The translations under genes were made by a program, and so were the position numbers. This document shows, piece after piece, positions 13,661 through 27,000 of a stretch of DNA of 50,571 bases; the stretch's first letter is position 1; the number at the start of each line of letters is the position of its first letter. Source of the DNA: Perkinsus olseni (lineage: Eukaryota); the NCBI GenBank assembly GCA_013115125.1, contig JABANN010000226.1, forward strand, positions 1-50,571. Direction: 5' to 3'. Below the pieces are notes generated by a model. The model made no database searches. It saw only the letters and a program-made list of their open reading frames with translations, and was not told the DNA's origin.

Positions 13661-14420
13661 AGGAAGCTCCTCTGCAGCTTCTCCGGCAAGATAATTCACA
13701 GATGTTCTTAATTCTTCATCCTCTACCCATTAGCTGTCTAGTTGATTTTGAGAATAGCGATCGCGTTCACGAGTGGGAAACACAAATAACTCGAGATGCA
13801 ACTTTGAAGCGGCACCACTTTGAACGCCGCCGATAACGACGCCAAAAGTCAGGCCGCAGGGTTTCGCCCTCCGCAAATCACAACCTGGGACTCGTGATAG
13901 CAATCCTACGCAGGAGAATCGGCTTGAGCGAAATTAGCATGCAACCAGAGATCATCGAAAGTTCAATTAAGTTCAATACTAGAGCTAGCCAGATGGTAAA
14001 GATAAGTTCGGCCATGAAGTTATGGAAGCTGTGGCGGACGCAAACTCGACCCGACCCTCCGCTCCCTGAATGCAGAGGTAGGATACTAGAGGCTTCTGAC
14101 TCGACCCAGTCCGGATATGCAGCCGGGAAGCTCCCGGGCCCTACTTAACCATGGTGGCTTCCGCCTTCTCGTTGCCAGCAAATACAGGCTATCGCCTGCT
14201 TTCCGTCTCTGACACTCATGAAGGTCGAACAGGTCAGTGTAGATCCACTCTCCATTGACACTCCCAACCTCTGCCTTATGAGAACTTCGCAACTTGCGAA
14301 TCGCGAGTGAGTCCTTATCGTGGGCCACAATTCGTGGTCAAAACAAGTAGCGGCGAAGAGCAAATAAGCCTCTGATAATGAGGTGAACGGGAAACGTTGT
14401 CGATCGTAATAACAGCATCA

Positions 14421-14492
14421 GGCCCTGTGGCGCAACGGTAGCGCATCTGACTCCAGATCAGAAGGTTGTCCGTTCGAATCGGGCCGGGGTCA
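14421..14492 (+). tRNA. tRNA-Trp (CCA)
   Basis: Cloverleaf GGCCCTG-TG-GCGC AACGGTA GCGC-A-TCTGA CT CCA GA TCAGA-AGGTT-GTCCG TTCGAAT CGGGC-CGGGGTC-A, 72 nt, no intron. TTTT at ~14518. Confidence 0.96.
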
Positions 14493-14602
14493 AATATCGT
14501 CCGTGTACTCGGATATAGTTTCCACGAGGAACCACAATCATGCACTAGAACGATACAACCAGTTCAGCCCAACGACGTGCCAAAGCTATACATGCATCCG
14601 GT

Positions 14603-16315
14603 TCACACTCTCTCAACCTCCTCATGCGTAACTGAGCTCCGTCGAAGCACCTAGTGTTGGGATAAATGCACTGACAGACAGCTCGCCCCATGCTGGTCGC
14701 CACCTTCTTCCGTACGGCAATCTTTCCCGTGAGGGCCTCATCGAAAAGCTGCTCCGTTGAGTGCAGAAGCTCCCCAGAAGTGATTATGAATAGCTCGAGG
14801 AGAGGTATTGTGGCGAGCTGCAGTGGACTGGAAAAAGCAGGACCGGCAGCCTCAGCCAAGAGCTCCGGCTGGTGCTTGGCGATCCATCGTTGAATCCTGT
14901 ACAGGACGTCCACCAGACGGGCTGAGGAATCGATGCCGACGGGGCCGACGGGAATCTGAGGCATCACAGTGGAAGCTCGGCGTTCTCGTCAATGGGTACC
15001 TTTTTCCCCGTCTCATCTCTCGGGTCGATCATGAACACTCGTAACAGCGCTGTCTCGGGCTTCTGTGCCGATCGTGAGTTTGCTAGTCTCTCCCGCCGAC
15101 TAGCCATCGCTTGGTGTATGAGGCTAATCGTCGCGTCTACTGCTGCTCCTCGCAGCTGGCACTCTTCGGTAACGATTGGTGCTGTCAATCGCAGTAAGAA
15201 CTGAGGCCAGAGGGAGTGCCGTGGCACGCAACATGTTGGGCCTCACTTGCTCAGCCTCGACAAGCAGAGGATCGGTAAATCTACCAACTCTAGCAAGTTC
15301 AGTCACTACTTCATTGATGACTTGCTCCGAAAGCCTGGAGTGGACGAACAGTGACAATCAGGCAGAAGTGATTCACCCGCCTACTTCTTGGCACAAATCA
15401 AGGCCTCGCTTTTCCGCTCGATCGTCTGCCTTGCCCGAGCCCTTTCCTCAGCTTCTCGGATGAGCTTCTGGGCCCGTTCATGCCGTTTCACTTCAATGGC
15501 CTCGAGCTCCTCATATCTGCCACACACGCCGCTGTCCAACCATAGCCAGCCGATATCATCCCTACTTCTTCCTCTCAGCTTCCTGCCGTTCATGCCACCT
15601 TTGTTGGAAGTCAGCAATGGCTGCTTGCTCCTAAGGCACGCGGTATGGAAGACCTCACAGACACTCACCCTATTACCTCTTCCTCTCTGACCTCCTCCAG
15701 CGACTGCTGTATTGTCTTATCCACGATCACGTCAATCACCTCTCTCTGGACCCCATCACCGTCAAAATCGAAGACGTATCTCTCCTCGATTTGAGTATGA
15801 TTATCCATTCCCATCCGCAGAGGAGGCAGAGTTGGCCTGAGAGGGGGAGTCGACAAGGCCATTCGAACGACCGTGTTACTCCCGTTTGTAAGGTGGTATA
15901 TAATCCTCGAATGCGTCTATCTCAGTTCCCACTGACTTTCTCCCTCTCGGTGATATGTCCTGAGGGCAGGCGCACTGGCATGGCAGCCGAAGGAAACTTT
16001 TATCACTTTTTCTATCAAGTTGTCATCGAACCCGAAAGTGCTGCTGTCGCTTCTGTCGGAGCCGACCGCATTAGCAGGCAGAGCCCAGGCCGATACTCTC
16101 TCAAAGACATCCTTCAGCCTCCTCCTCAGCGACTTAGTCGGTGGCCCTATCGGCGGCAGCCTGGTCGTCCCTGTCCGGCTGATGGTGGAATCACTGGTGC
16201 TCCTCTTTTGCTCTTCTATCCTATTCCTGGTGAAATAGCCGATATTGGAGCCCCTCACCACTCGAGGGTCGACCTGGCGGCCTCGGCCAGGAACGCTGTT
16301 GCTTCCCACGGTCAT
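14603..16315 (-). CDS. RSP3: Radial spoke protein 3 (RSP3/RSPH3)-like, multi-exon
   Basis: DPRVVRGSN resembles RSP3 DRRVVRGN. GMDNHTQIEERYVFDFDG...VIVDKTIQQSLEEVREEE resembles the RSP3 TQIExGDLFDFD...VLVGKxLEQxLMEVLEEEE block. A coiled coil and ELARVGRFTDPLLVEAEQ follow. Last exon VLRRSSVTHEEVERV*. Confidence 0.72.
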
Positions 16316-16534
16316 TGGGAAGGTCAGGCGACTGTTGCCGGAAACTTAGCAGCGGCAGAATTGACCAAATCAAGCGACGCTCGGAATGGAAACTGCCATT
16401 CGGCAAATTTCGGCGCGATAGATAATAATACAGTGACGATGGGAATAGTACGAAAGTGCAAGAGATACTCAGCGGAGCGAAGCAATAATATGATCAGCAA
16501 TCGTTGTTTACGTACACACAATGAGAAGGCCATC

Positions 16535-19405
16535 TCAGTCGATACTAGAACCACTCGATAGCTCTGTGTCACTGCTCGAGCTGCTGCTACTACTCGACGA
16601 CGAGCCAACAGAGTCTTCGTTTTCCTCCCCTCCGCTTTCCGGGGATGTTCGTCTGGCCTCTTCCTCTTGCTGCTGTTCCTCTTCCTTCTGTCGGTGCTCT
16701 CGTTTGACGTCGGCTGCTATTCCCCCGCCACCCTGCTCATCTACAACCCCTTCGTCTCCACTCTCATCATCATCTTCGACATCAGATGCCCGGATGTCCT
16801 CATCGCCCGACTCGAGGTAGTCTCCATCGCCCTCCACACTCACCGAGGAGGATGAGGAAGAGGCCGACTCCCCCAACGACGACTCAGAGCCCCTCCTCGT
16901 TGAATACCCTTCCCCTCCACCCCTCTGTGTCCTCACTCTGGTACTCCTCCTCTGCCCTCCTGTTGTAGTGCGGCTGCCCAGGGCCTCTACCTGCGCTACT
17001 GCCTCCCCCATCGCCTGCTGCTCCTGATGCTCATGGCGACGAGCCAAGCGGGCCTCCCTGAGGTAAAGAACGGTCAAAACGCTCAGGCGGCTTCTTAGCG
17101 TTGCTCACCGGCTAAGGTTCTGCGCCTCCCTCTTCGAACTCCTAGACCTTCGCCCAGACCCGCCCTCCTCTGCCTCGTCATCGTCGTCGTCACCGTCGTC
17201 TGGATGCTCGCTCCGTTTGAGGGCTCGATTGATCTGCTGGTCGAAAGCCTGACAACAAAAATCCCATGGCTCGGGATTGAACCTGCGACCTCGGTAGCAG
17301 AAGAATAGACACCGAGTACCGATACGCTTTTTCCCAGTGCAACCTAAGCTATACACGACCAACATGCCAGTTTATACGATTCAAGAGGGAAACGGTTACC
17401 ACAGTCTTAACCAGCCAGACCAACACCCGTCTTCGCTTGCAAACTCCTGTTGGCGTTGCGCTATGCGTGAGCATCACCTTAGACGTATAGTCGACTCTCT
17501 TCCTCTCCCTCCTCCCCGGGGCCTGCGCCAATGCCTCGGCGTATCTAGCCGCCGCCATTGCTTCCTGCTTCTCCTTCATTGCCAATCTCCTTCCCCTCCT
17601 CTCTGCTGCCTTCACCTCCTGATCGATGTGCTCAGCCAATTCCTTCAAGTTTCGAGCAAGAACTAATTGATGACAATTCGGACACCGAATTGGGCCCGAG
17701 GTGCCAGTAAGTGGTCCTGATGTCACCGCCTGAGAGTTCCCAAAGGAGTGGTACGAAAACTTGCACGCATGCCCACATCGTACCATGTCTTCTTGCACTC
17801 TCTGTGGCTGTCCTCCACAACCATATGACCGTACGCAGCCAGCGTCCATCATGCCATTGCATTCTGGGCAGTGTGCCGGCGCCGGGTGATGGTCCTTAGC
17901 CTTGGCTGACGACCGCTGCCTAGAGTGTTTGATTTGTGCTACTTCCTCGCCTACAACGTAAAATGGAGCAGAGGGAGCATCCCAGGACAAGACCGTACCA
18001 CAGGCCACACAGAGGTTCACTTCACCGTCGTCCTCCTCCTTCCCTCTCTTTCTCTTCTTCCCCTCCCCGCTATTACGACGGCGACTCAGCTTGATGTCAG
18101 TGACTTTCCTATTGAGCTCTGACTTGGCCCTCATGACCTCATCCTCGAGAGAGCCCGCTATAGCTGGTAGAAGGGCTCCTTCCCAAACCGCCAGTTCCAC
18201 GTCGCCGTTGGAGCCCTCTTTCCACACCCTCAGACCCATCTCGCTGTCCCTCACACACCACCACCTGCGGAGACGCTTATAACGGGTGGGAAAGGACTGT
18301 CGACAATACAGCGAGTCCTTGTCCTCAGTGTCGCTGTCAGCGGAGGACACTGAGGACAAGGACTAATTCTAATACGCATCATACTCGAAAAGCCTCGGAA
18401 TCAGTTCGCTCGTGCTGCTTCAAGAGTCCTTCGAACACTCTGTACATCAACGCCAATAGTCGTTCTTCATTATCAAACTAGATTGACCCGAGGCCCTACT
18501 TGAGCCCAGTACCCTACCAAGGTACTACCTCCTCCCTTTCAGATCGAAGCCTAGTACTCGCCCGGCCTCTCTCTGCCCTCTGAGGGGTACGTAAGTCGAT
18601 ATGGCAGTGGTGGACTCCACAACGTCATTCCCTGCTGAGGAGGGTACCAGGCACCCCGGGATGTCGAGCAGCAGCCCGAACACGAACCGTATCTAAGGTC
18701 GATGAGTGTACCTCTCAAGCGTCAAAGATTCCTACTATTCTCATCCTCTCCAGAACATTCCTCTCAGCCCACATAACGAGCTGCCTGGGGTCCTCTACCA
18801 GGAGGCGGCCCTCATCGTCTGTTGCCATCTCCATATCGCCGACGGGCCGGATGCCAGCTAGGACTTCCGACTCGAAGCCATTCTCAAGGAAGAGCTTGCC
18901 AATCATACGCTCTATCCTAGTAGAGACCTCCTCATCGGTAGTAGTTGCAGCTGGATCTGCACCAAAGCCGCGCATACCACTCCTTTCTCAAATCACAGAA
19001 GTACTACATATAACCGGTTTCCCTAGTGGATGAAGGCACTTCAATAAGATGTCCTTGACGTAGCCCTCTATGATCCGCGAGTCATAGAGATCATTAAAGA
19101 GGCCCATGAAGCTCCAGTGGGCCATCGGAAACTGAGAGGACACGACCCGTCCCCACAGGGAAACTCCTTCTCCTCCCGAGTACCACCTTCAGTCCTCTGC
19201 CAAACTCCGATATGAACATACAGAGGTACATGAAGTCCGTGCTGTTACCGACGCTCATCTCCAACTCCTCCTTAGTCAAGTCTCCCATGTCGCGAGGCGG
19301 GAAGGGCGCCAACTCGCGGCTCTCATTCTTGACGTCCGCCTGTGCATCTTCCATTGGCTGATCCAGTCCTGGCTGCGGAGTAGCGGGACTCGCGGTCGCC
19401 GCCAT
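16535..19405 (-). CDS. Probable chromatin-associated protein (DDT-like N-terminus, WSD/WHIM-like motif, Cys/His finger, acidic Ser-rich tail); multi-exon
   Basis: FMYLCMFISEFG (DDT-like), GRVLGFDLKGRR (LGxDxxGRRY WSD-like, ~18530-18565), CVACG...CPEC...CGHACKFSYH...CPNC, KKRKR NLS-like, low-complexity D/E/S tail. Domain names are by-eye inference. Confidence 0.5.
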
Positions 19406-20772
19406 TGGTCGAATGAAAACATGCACAACATGACGCACTTCGCTCCGCCGTTATTGATTAGCTCAACCCGTAGAGAACGAGGGTCAACATCAGATATCAT
19501 GTTTACTATACGGTTTATTACGACGACACTCCGCGGTAGAGGAGCGACAGCACAAAAGATGCTTCAAGGCTACTGCCGCCGGTTACGGTCTAGCCGAGAC
19601 CGGGAGCTCAAATTAGCGAACAGAGCTGCCGTACCGTCATACCTACAGAGGTCCACCAGAAAAAACATCAGCGGGGAGATGAGAGTACCTCATAAAAGGC
19701 ATGGGTCGATGGTAGCCCGGGGTGGGGTACATCCCCGAGTACACTGTGGAGGGTCTGGCGGCAGCAGAGGCTTCGGGCCACCAACTGGACTTCACTCCAC
19801 TACCGACATCATAACCCGTACCACCCCCACCGAAGAAGACCCCCTCAGGCGGACTGAGCTGCGATGGGTGCTGTCCTTCTCCTATAGCCGATCGAGACCT
19901 TCTTAATCTGGTCCCTACTTAAGAATCTGGCTGCGATACTATCCCATCAACCTTCAGACCAACCTGTCGTCCTCCTGCCTTCAGCCTCTGAGCTGTGAGG
20001 AATCTTATAAGCTGGCGGGCAGTAGTAGCGAGGCTTGAAGAGCTCCTCACCAAACGGTGTCGACGGATGGAAGTATCTTCTATGATTACGGTTAGCACTT
20101 CCAGCGGAGCGATGCATACTTCCGTTCCTGTCGTTGCTGTTCTTGCGGTCGGGCCTCTGGTTGACCCGAAGGACCATCCGGAGCAGTGACCGGCCTCGGG
20201 ACTAAGAAGAGCTTCCAAAGCGAACGCCCAGAGCACACTCCCCTACTTTGAGCCCTCTGTAGAGGTGGCTTGCACATCCAGCTCCCTGTGGGTAAAGGTG
20301 GTGCCGCCTCCAGTACCTGACACCCCCCTTCCTACCTAGCGAGACCACAGTGAGTACCCACCTGATGGCCTCGGAGGACAGTAGTACTCCTGCCAGCTGT
20401 GGGAGAGCCGTACCCGAAGAGGAACTTGGTCTTGGGTTGATGTCCGCTGTAGCCAGGGGGATAGTCGCTTCGCTCAGGGACTTCCTACAGGGGCGAGAGA
20501 GGTGTTTCCCAATGATCAGCAATTCTGCTTATTACCGGATCGGTCATGAAATGGTACGTCGATCGGAAGACAGATAAATCCGGTACGGACATTCCGGAGG
20601 GGTAGTAGCCACCGGACGCCATGAAGCCACGGCCAATGCTGCTCAGGAGTAGGGAAAGGTGCGGTATTACTATTAATCAACACGACAACGACTAAGTGTT
20701 ACTTGAAACGGAGAATTCCAAAAATACTTGAATGGTAATTGAAGTGGTATCAGGAAGCAGCAAGGGGTGGGA

Positions 20773-22047
20773 CTAAGCCCGGCAACCCGGCGCCTCAGGA
20801 TAGAGAGTGCATTCCTTCATAAGGGTGTTGGCCATGAGGAGGGAGGCCAAGCTGGCAAGCAGGATACCGAGGTTGGAGGTTGCGAATCCTAGGTTGACAC
20901 ATAGCTCTCGATGAGTATCAGGGATATCTTCCCGGCGTTGAAAGAGGAACATACAGTTCGAGTAAGAGGCACCACCCATGAGGCCCACTACTAACATGAT
21001 GCTGATGTACAGCCAGGTCATGGTAGAATAGTTACCACCGACATTTCCTCGGATGAAGTGGAGGCTCGCCTCCAAGGCCCAGAAGACCAGAAGCAGGAGT
21101 TGCAGAAAAGTTGGTATCCATACTCGCCGTATTTGGTACCACGTCACTGAAGCCCGGGATATGAGCACGCCAATATTATAGGAGATGTTGCAAAATCTTA
21201 CAGTAGAACGGGCGAAGGAAGAGGCTTCAAGTGGAAGGCCAACAGAGGCCCGGTCAAGAAAGCCCGTGAGTATCCAGTACTCGAGGAAGTAAACCGCGGT
21301 GAGGTTAACTATGATGCCTCCCGCCATGGCCAAAGCCACTTTGATACTACTAAAAGACAAACTACTACTACTGACACTATTGATGGCGACCTCGGTCGGC
21401 TTATCGTTCGTCCCTACGACGGCTGCATAGGAATTAGCTTTCTTGTCAATGTAACGAAACAGGACCCAATAAATGGGTATGGTGATGATCATACCCAGCA
21501 TCACGTACGAGTAGTGGATGCCAGCGGCTATCAGGAGGGAGTACACCAGGGGCCCTACGATACCCGCAAGGCCTGTACCCGCGCCCCAGGCCCCGATAAG
21601 GGTGGCTGGCAGCTTGTGCAGGCGAGAGATGTTATTAACCTCCCCTATGGCCTGGGCGAAGCCAGTGAGAACCGTCCCGATAAGGGAGAGGGCAAAGCCG
21701 AAATTGGGGTTCGCTAAGATCGCTGCCAGCGCTAACAGACCGTAAGATACCGTCTGGAAGGTCAAGGTAACAAAGATACGTTGCTTAAAGGAAAACCTGA
21801 AGGCCACTCGGGAGTGCAGCATCGTCATACCGAAACAACCCAGGAGGAGCACCAAGGTAAACATACTCATGAAATTAACTTTACCGAAGTGGAAGGCCAG
21901 ATCGGCGGCCACCGCGTTAACTAGCGTGTAACCGTTGTTATTGATGATGCCAAGAAGGCATGAGCTGATATAAATTCGCCAATACGTTGCCCTTGGCATG
22001 TCGCTTCCGACCGGTGACCCTGAGCCCCTCGAAGAGGACGACGACAT
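20773..22047 (-). CDS. CLN3: CLN3/battenin (BTN1) family lysosomal/vacuolar membrane protein, intronless
   Basis: Multi-TM ORF with CLN3 hallmarks GIINNNGYTLVNAVAADL, GAWGAGTGLAGIVG, VYFLEYWI, YNIGVLISRAS, GLMGGASYSN and HRELC. First in-frame ATG at 22047. Confidence 0.9.
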   Translation of the reverse strand: MSSSSSRGSGSPVGSDMPRATYWRIYISSCLLGIINNNGYTLVNAVAADLAFHFGKVNFMSMFTLVLLLGCFGMTMLHSRVAFRFSFKQRIFVTLTFQTVSYGLLALAAILANPNFGFALSLIGTVLTGFAQAIGEVNNISRLHKLPATLIGAWGAGTGLAGIVGPLVYSLLIAAGIHYSYVMLGMIITIPIYWVLFRYIDKKANSYAAVVGTNDKPTEVAINSVSSSSLSFSSIKVALAMAGGIIVNLTAVYFLEYWILTGFLDRASVGLPLEASSFARSTVRFCNISYNIGVLISRASVTWYQIRRVWIPTFLQLLLLVFWALEASLHFIRGNVGGNYSTMTWLYISIMLVVGLMGGASYSNCMFLFQRREDIPDTHRELCVNLGFATSNLGILLASLASLLMANTLMKECTLYPEAPGCRA

Positions 22048-22158
22048 GAATGGAAAACCGCTGCGGGCCGGCAATGGCCATACCCACTAGGATGTGATTG
22101 AACGCAATAAGAGATTAACGGAGGAAACCGAGAAGACAAGTTGGCCGAGGTGTGGTAC

Positions 22159-22929
22159 TTAGTTCTTCTCCTCCTTCTTGGAAGCCTCCTCGAAGTCACC
22201 CTCGAGCTCGGGGACCTCCTCGTCGTCCTTGGCCTGCTGCTCCTTGCCCTTCTGCTGAGCCTCCTGTGCGAGCCTCATCTGGTTGGCGATCTCCTTGAGC
22301 ATGGCGACGTTCTCAGGGCCGAGCTGAGGGATGATCTCGGGCATGAGCTCATCGACAGTCTTCTCGGCAGCGTTGCCGCCGGAGACAACGAAGGTGTTGG
22401 CACCAATGGCGGCTTGGACTGAAGAGAGGACCAGTGGCGTTTGATCCTTCCCACACGCTGCCACAGTCAAGTCAAAACCCCGCCCTTCGGAAGAGGCCGC
22501 CCCCTTGCCTTACACTTCGGCCTCTCGAAGTGGATAATGTTCGAGTCAGCCTTGAACATGTTAACCTCATCGATGCCTGAGCAACGGATGATGATGAAAC
22601 TGACCCACCCCTACCCCCATACGTTCGTTCCCAACCTACCAGGGATCTCGTGGCAGCCAAGTCGCTTGAGCATGCCGAAGAGCTTCTTGTCGTCGCTGGC
22701 AGCGCTGGAGCCGCGATGGACGGCCTTCCTGTTGAGTCTGGCCGAGCCTAAGGCACACCACTAGTGCCATAGCGAACACTGGCAACGGCCCCGAACTCAA
22801 ACGACACCCCATCGATGACGAATCGACCAGCCCTCTGAAACTACCTCTGCCACCGGCACGCTGGGCACCATCACCGAGCTTGGCGCGGAGCTGAGCTCTT
22901 GCTTCGAGGATCTTCGGGTCGGTCTCCAT
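22159..22929 (-). CDS. BTF3: Nascent polypeptide-associated complex subunit beta (BTF3), multi-exon
   Basis: Spliced: METDPKILEARAQLRAK...RAGGRGSARLNRKAVHR...DDKKLFGMLKRLGCHEIPGIDEVNMFKADSNIIHFERPKVQAAIGANTFVVSG...LMPEIIPQLGPEN...DDEEVPELEGDFEE. Confidence 0.93.
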
Positions 22930-23523
22930 TTCTATTGAAGGGGGTTAAACTCCACCTGGGGTCAAAGGGGCAGCTAAATCGATCACTGAGGCGGAGGAAA
23001 TATTTGACCTAAATGCACGTAAGTTGCAGGAAAGCTGACTTCAACGTCAGCCAGGCCTGTGATAGGCTCTGACAACAGGTCACTGCACGTATGCAGCTTT
23101 CCCTTTTGTCGTCAGGCCTCTTAAGCTTGCCGCTACAGTTTGCCTTTTTCCTGATTCTCTGAGGTTGATAGCTGCTTCAATGGAAGATATGTAAGCTATC
23201 ATGACAGTCATGTTGATACCTCATTTTTCGTTCTCAAAAAATGGGAAATTGCCCATCCCAAAGCCACTGGATGGACCCGCACGTTGCGGGAGGTGACAAC
23301 TGGATTATCAGGGCTCACAGCGTTCCTAGCTTCGATACCGCCGAGTCTTCGCAGCGTCACTCTGCCACTTAAGGCGAAGGACTAAGTGCCGCTGTGGCTT
23401 AACGATTCCTCGAAGATTCGTCGCTGAGCAACAGGGCCCAAGACAATCCTAAAATCTGCAACGCTTCGCCTCCTACTTGTCTTGATAAGCAGCCTCAGTC
23501 CCCTCTTTCTAGACTGACCTGAT

Positions 23524-24057
23524 TCACCTGTGGTTCAGAATTGGAGAGACCTTCGGGACGCCTTGCGGCCATACTACCGTCGGCATGACCCGGAATCGGT
23601 TAATTTCGCCTTTTTGCCCTTTGGACGCCCTGCCCCCCTTTCGTGCTACGTTGCGTCCATAGTCCGCTGGTAAGAGCGCGCCTCCGACATAAAATCGTCG
23701 TAGTTGCATGAACCTATCTTGATCATTGGTCATGATGTTAGATCGATTTGCATTAGTACCGAGGGATAAGCCTTCCTGGGAGATGCTGTGGGGTACAGCG
23801 TAACGCTGCCAGTGTCGTTGGCATCAGCAGGTATCCGTCCATGCGCGTACTGGCAACTCGAGCATACCGGCCGTGCCACGGGGGAGCTACGGTGTGGGGC
23901 ACCATGCGGGCTTTGTTGATTCCTGAGCTTCTAGATACGCCCCTATGTGACGTTTGCTGCAGCCTTGTTGTTTGGGTTGTCAATCGTACTGGAGGGGAGT
24001 GGCTGTAAGCTTCCGGCGTGACGGGATTGTCGCTTGAACTCCCGCGTTTAGTACCAT
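23524..24057 (-). CDS. Possible hypothetical spliced gene, head-to-head with the dynein gene (extent uncertain)
   Basis: A GTATGC...GGCAG intron (~23868-23805) joins open frames ...HRSSPVARP and RYAVPHSISQEGLSLGTNANRSNIMTNDQDRFMQLRRFY. No homology recognised. Confidence 0.25.
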
Positions 24058-24089
24058 CGTCCGGATAGGGTATCGATCCGGCATTGACT

Positions 24090-27000
24090 ATGGACGACGA
24101 CCATCAGCTGCTCGACAGCCCTCCAGACCCCGAGGAAGCCCGGGCAAGGCTGAAGGCACGGCTTACTACCTTCAAACCCTTGCAGCCAACAGGAGCTCCC
24201 CGACTGAGATCCGTTCCCAAGAGGAAGTCGAGTACTAAGGAGGCGACCTCGGTCGTGGCCGGGGGTGGGAGGAGACGGAGAAGCTCGGCGGCGATGGACA
24301 TAGTGATGCCTCATACGAACGTCCGGCCAATCCTGATTGGTAGCAGAGCGAGGGAAGGCAAACCGACACGATGGTACGATTTTAGGAGCTCAGAAGCGGC
24401 CCATGCGGTCCACGGAGGTGGCCAGGGAGCAGACGAAGCAGCCGAGGCGCCGCTCGAGCGTAGTTCAGCGACCTCGACCGCCACGGGTGAGCTCGGGTAG
24501 TATGGTGGGAGGTTGCAGCGTTCGAGCTTAGGGTCGAGAGAAAACGGTGGCGGAAGGGCGTTGGTTGGAGCCAATGGACTTCATGAACTTCATTCTCTCC
24601 AACGACAGTCTTACTGAGGAGTTCTGCTACATGACTCGGTAGGCCTTGGGAGTAGTACCTAGGGCGTGGCGACCGGGCCGATGCGGGTCGTGCAACGATA
24701 CTGGTGCCGTCCACTACGAAATTAACGCAAGATCTGACGACCTGCCATGCTTCCTTCATCAGCATCATTCGTAGTGTTGATAATCTCTTGCCCTTTCCGT
24801 AGGTGTGGGGGTCCGTACGACCTCAAGATCGTTCCCTTCTCGGATATCGACCCGTACGACTACCTCACAATAAGTACGCTAGTCTGGCTGGTGTTGGGCT
24901 GGTCATCACCGCTTGCAGGCGTTCGAGGAGTCACCTCCTTCCGCCGAGGCTCGATTGAGTTTACGCCTCTTTATGAATGGCAGAAGGATGAGGCCCTCTA
25001 CCGAAGGGTCATGAAGATACCGTTCTTCGCCCGATTCGGAAGATGGAAGCTCTACACCATCTGGAGGACAGCGGTGATCAGACAGAAAATCAGGAAGGCT
25101 CGCAGTAAGATCGGATCGAACTGCGGGGAAGCTTCGACCCCTCGGGGTGCGGTCAGATCTTCTGAGCAAGTCCCTCTTCATACTCAACCCCACGATGAGG
25201 GATGCCTTGTTGGCGGTGCGCAGTGAGTGCGTGACGGTCTCCACTTGGAGCCTCCTGGACCTCACTACCCCTACTACCAAGCCCGGTACGCGGCCACCAG
25301 TGGTCCCGAGTGAGCAGCCGGGGAGGGGTCGGCCGGGCAAGAAGCGTTTCAAGTGGCCCATAGCGGAGGCCTCCGCCCTTCCGATAAGGGGGGCTGGGGG
25401 TTCCTGTTGCCACGTGGAGGAGTTCGCAGAGGCTCAGACCCTCTGCCGGCAGACTTTGTCGAAGAATTTGGTGGCGGTCCGGGAGAGTCTGAAGATGACG
25501 GTAGGGTTGTGGTTGGTGTAAAGGCGATGATTCATTGCGATGTAGGTTCTCAAGGCCTGCGCTCGGTCCCTGTCGGACTTCCTCAAAGCCAACGGGTTCC
25601 ATCAACCTAAGGAACTCCAAAGCGTGTTCAGCCTGCTAGAGGATGCTGATGGCGATGAGGAAGGCGAGGAGGGGGTGGCCGGTGAGAATGGGGATCGACT
25701 TGCCTTCGACCAAGGCTTACTCTCAGAGCCTGAGCACCACTTTACCTACACTGAGCAGGCTACCACTAGGACTAAGTGCCGAGAGCTCGTCAGATTTATA
25801 CGTAAGCGGACGGGAAGGTTTGAGAGTGATGAGAATGTGATGGGAAGGTACCTGCGAGTACATCCTGTCCGACTCGGTATCCGCAATGTGCTTCCGATCG
25901 ACTGAAGGGTTGCTGGCCCTTTTGGACCAGTACATGAAGCAGGTGGAAGAGGAAGAGCGGCGAAGGCTTGAGGGAGGGCCATCCACCAACCTGTCTCGGG
26001 CGGAGACGATGAAGAGCATCCTCGCCCAGCCATACAGACCAGGCATGCTCGGTGTGCTTGATGCTCCTCCCTTGGAGAAGCCCATTTTCGTAAGTTCACG
26101 GAGTTTACTGTTGTTCTCGACAACGGAGGCTCAGATTATTGATTGCACGTTCGTGGTGGGACAGCATCGCCGAGGAGGTGAACACAGCAGCCGGCTAGAG
26201 TTCTCTCCGACCGGTCAAGACTTTCGCACTTTCATCGAAAAATCGTAAGCGTATGGGTGGTGGCAGAGGAAGGGAAGAGCCCTTCCCTAGGTTGATCGAG
26301 TCCCTCCGTGCGGTGTCGTCTTCCCCGTCCTTCCTCGCCTTACCGGAGTTCCGGCCATTCGTAGCCCCCCTGAGCGAGGTGGGCTCCTCCGACGCGCCCA
26401 CTGTTAGTAGCACTCGCACGGCCGGAGCTGTACTGAACAACCAGCAGCTGAGGGAGGTGGGTGGGGGTCGAGGGCCTGACGAGGGGCATGGCAAATGCCG
26501 CAGGTGCTCGTGGCCGTCGGTGAGAGAGTGGCCAACCTCTTCGACAAAGTCATGGACTTCACCGCCACCTATCAGCGCTACGTTCGGATGTATGACGAGA
26601 ACGAAGTGATGAGCATAGAGGAAGACTACGGGCCTGATGCCGAACTGGAAGTCTATCGGGATGGTCTCGTCAAGTGACGCCTCGGACTGCCTGGGGGAAT
26701 TGGGTTTGAGTGAGCTGCTGTTCAGGTATCGAGATCAGCAGCAGATGATAGCCGCGATTGAACCGAGGAAGGAAATAGGTCTCTTCCGTCTGGACGCTGA
26801 GGCTTTCCAGAAGACGCTCAAGCCCAACCCGGTGAAGTGTCTGGAGAAGCTGCAGCGGTGAGAAGGCGGGCAAGCGCAGGTCCCTGCTGTGAGGGTGATG
26901 GGTAGGTATATACCGGAGATGGCTATGGATAGGATACACAGACTGCTGGAGGAACTCAAGGAGGCCAATGAGAAGCTGGGGACGCTCCCCTCGAACGTCG

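Noticed and set aside
15791-16561. 256-aa plus-strand ORF
   Set aside because: Non-ATG start, antisense to the RSP3-like 5' exons, and no recognisable motifs.
19559-20630. Possible plus-strand hypothetical gene between the chromatin gene and CLN3
   Set aside because: Could not build a consistent exon chain or recognise motifs by eye. Left unannotated, not excluded.
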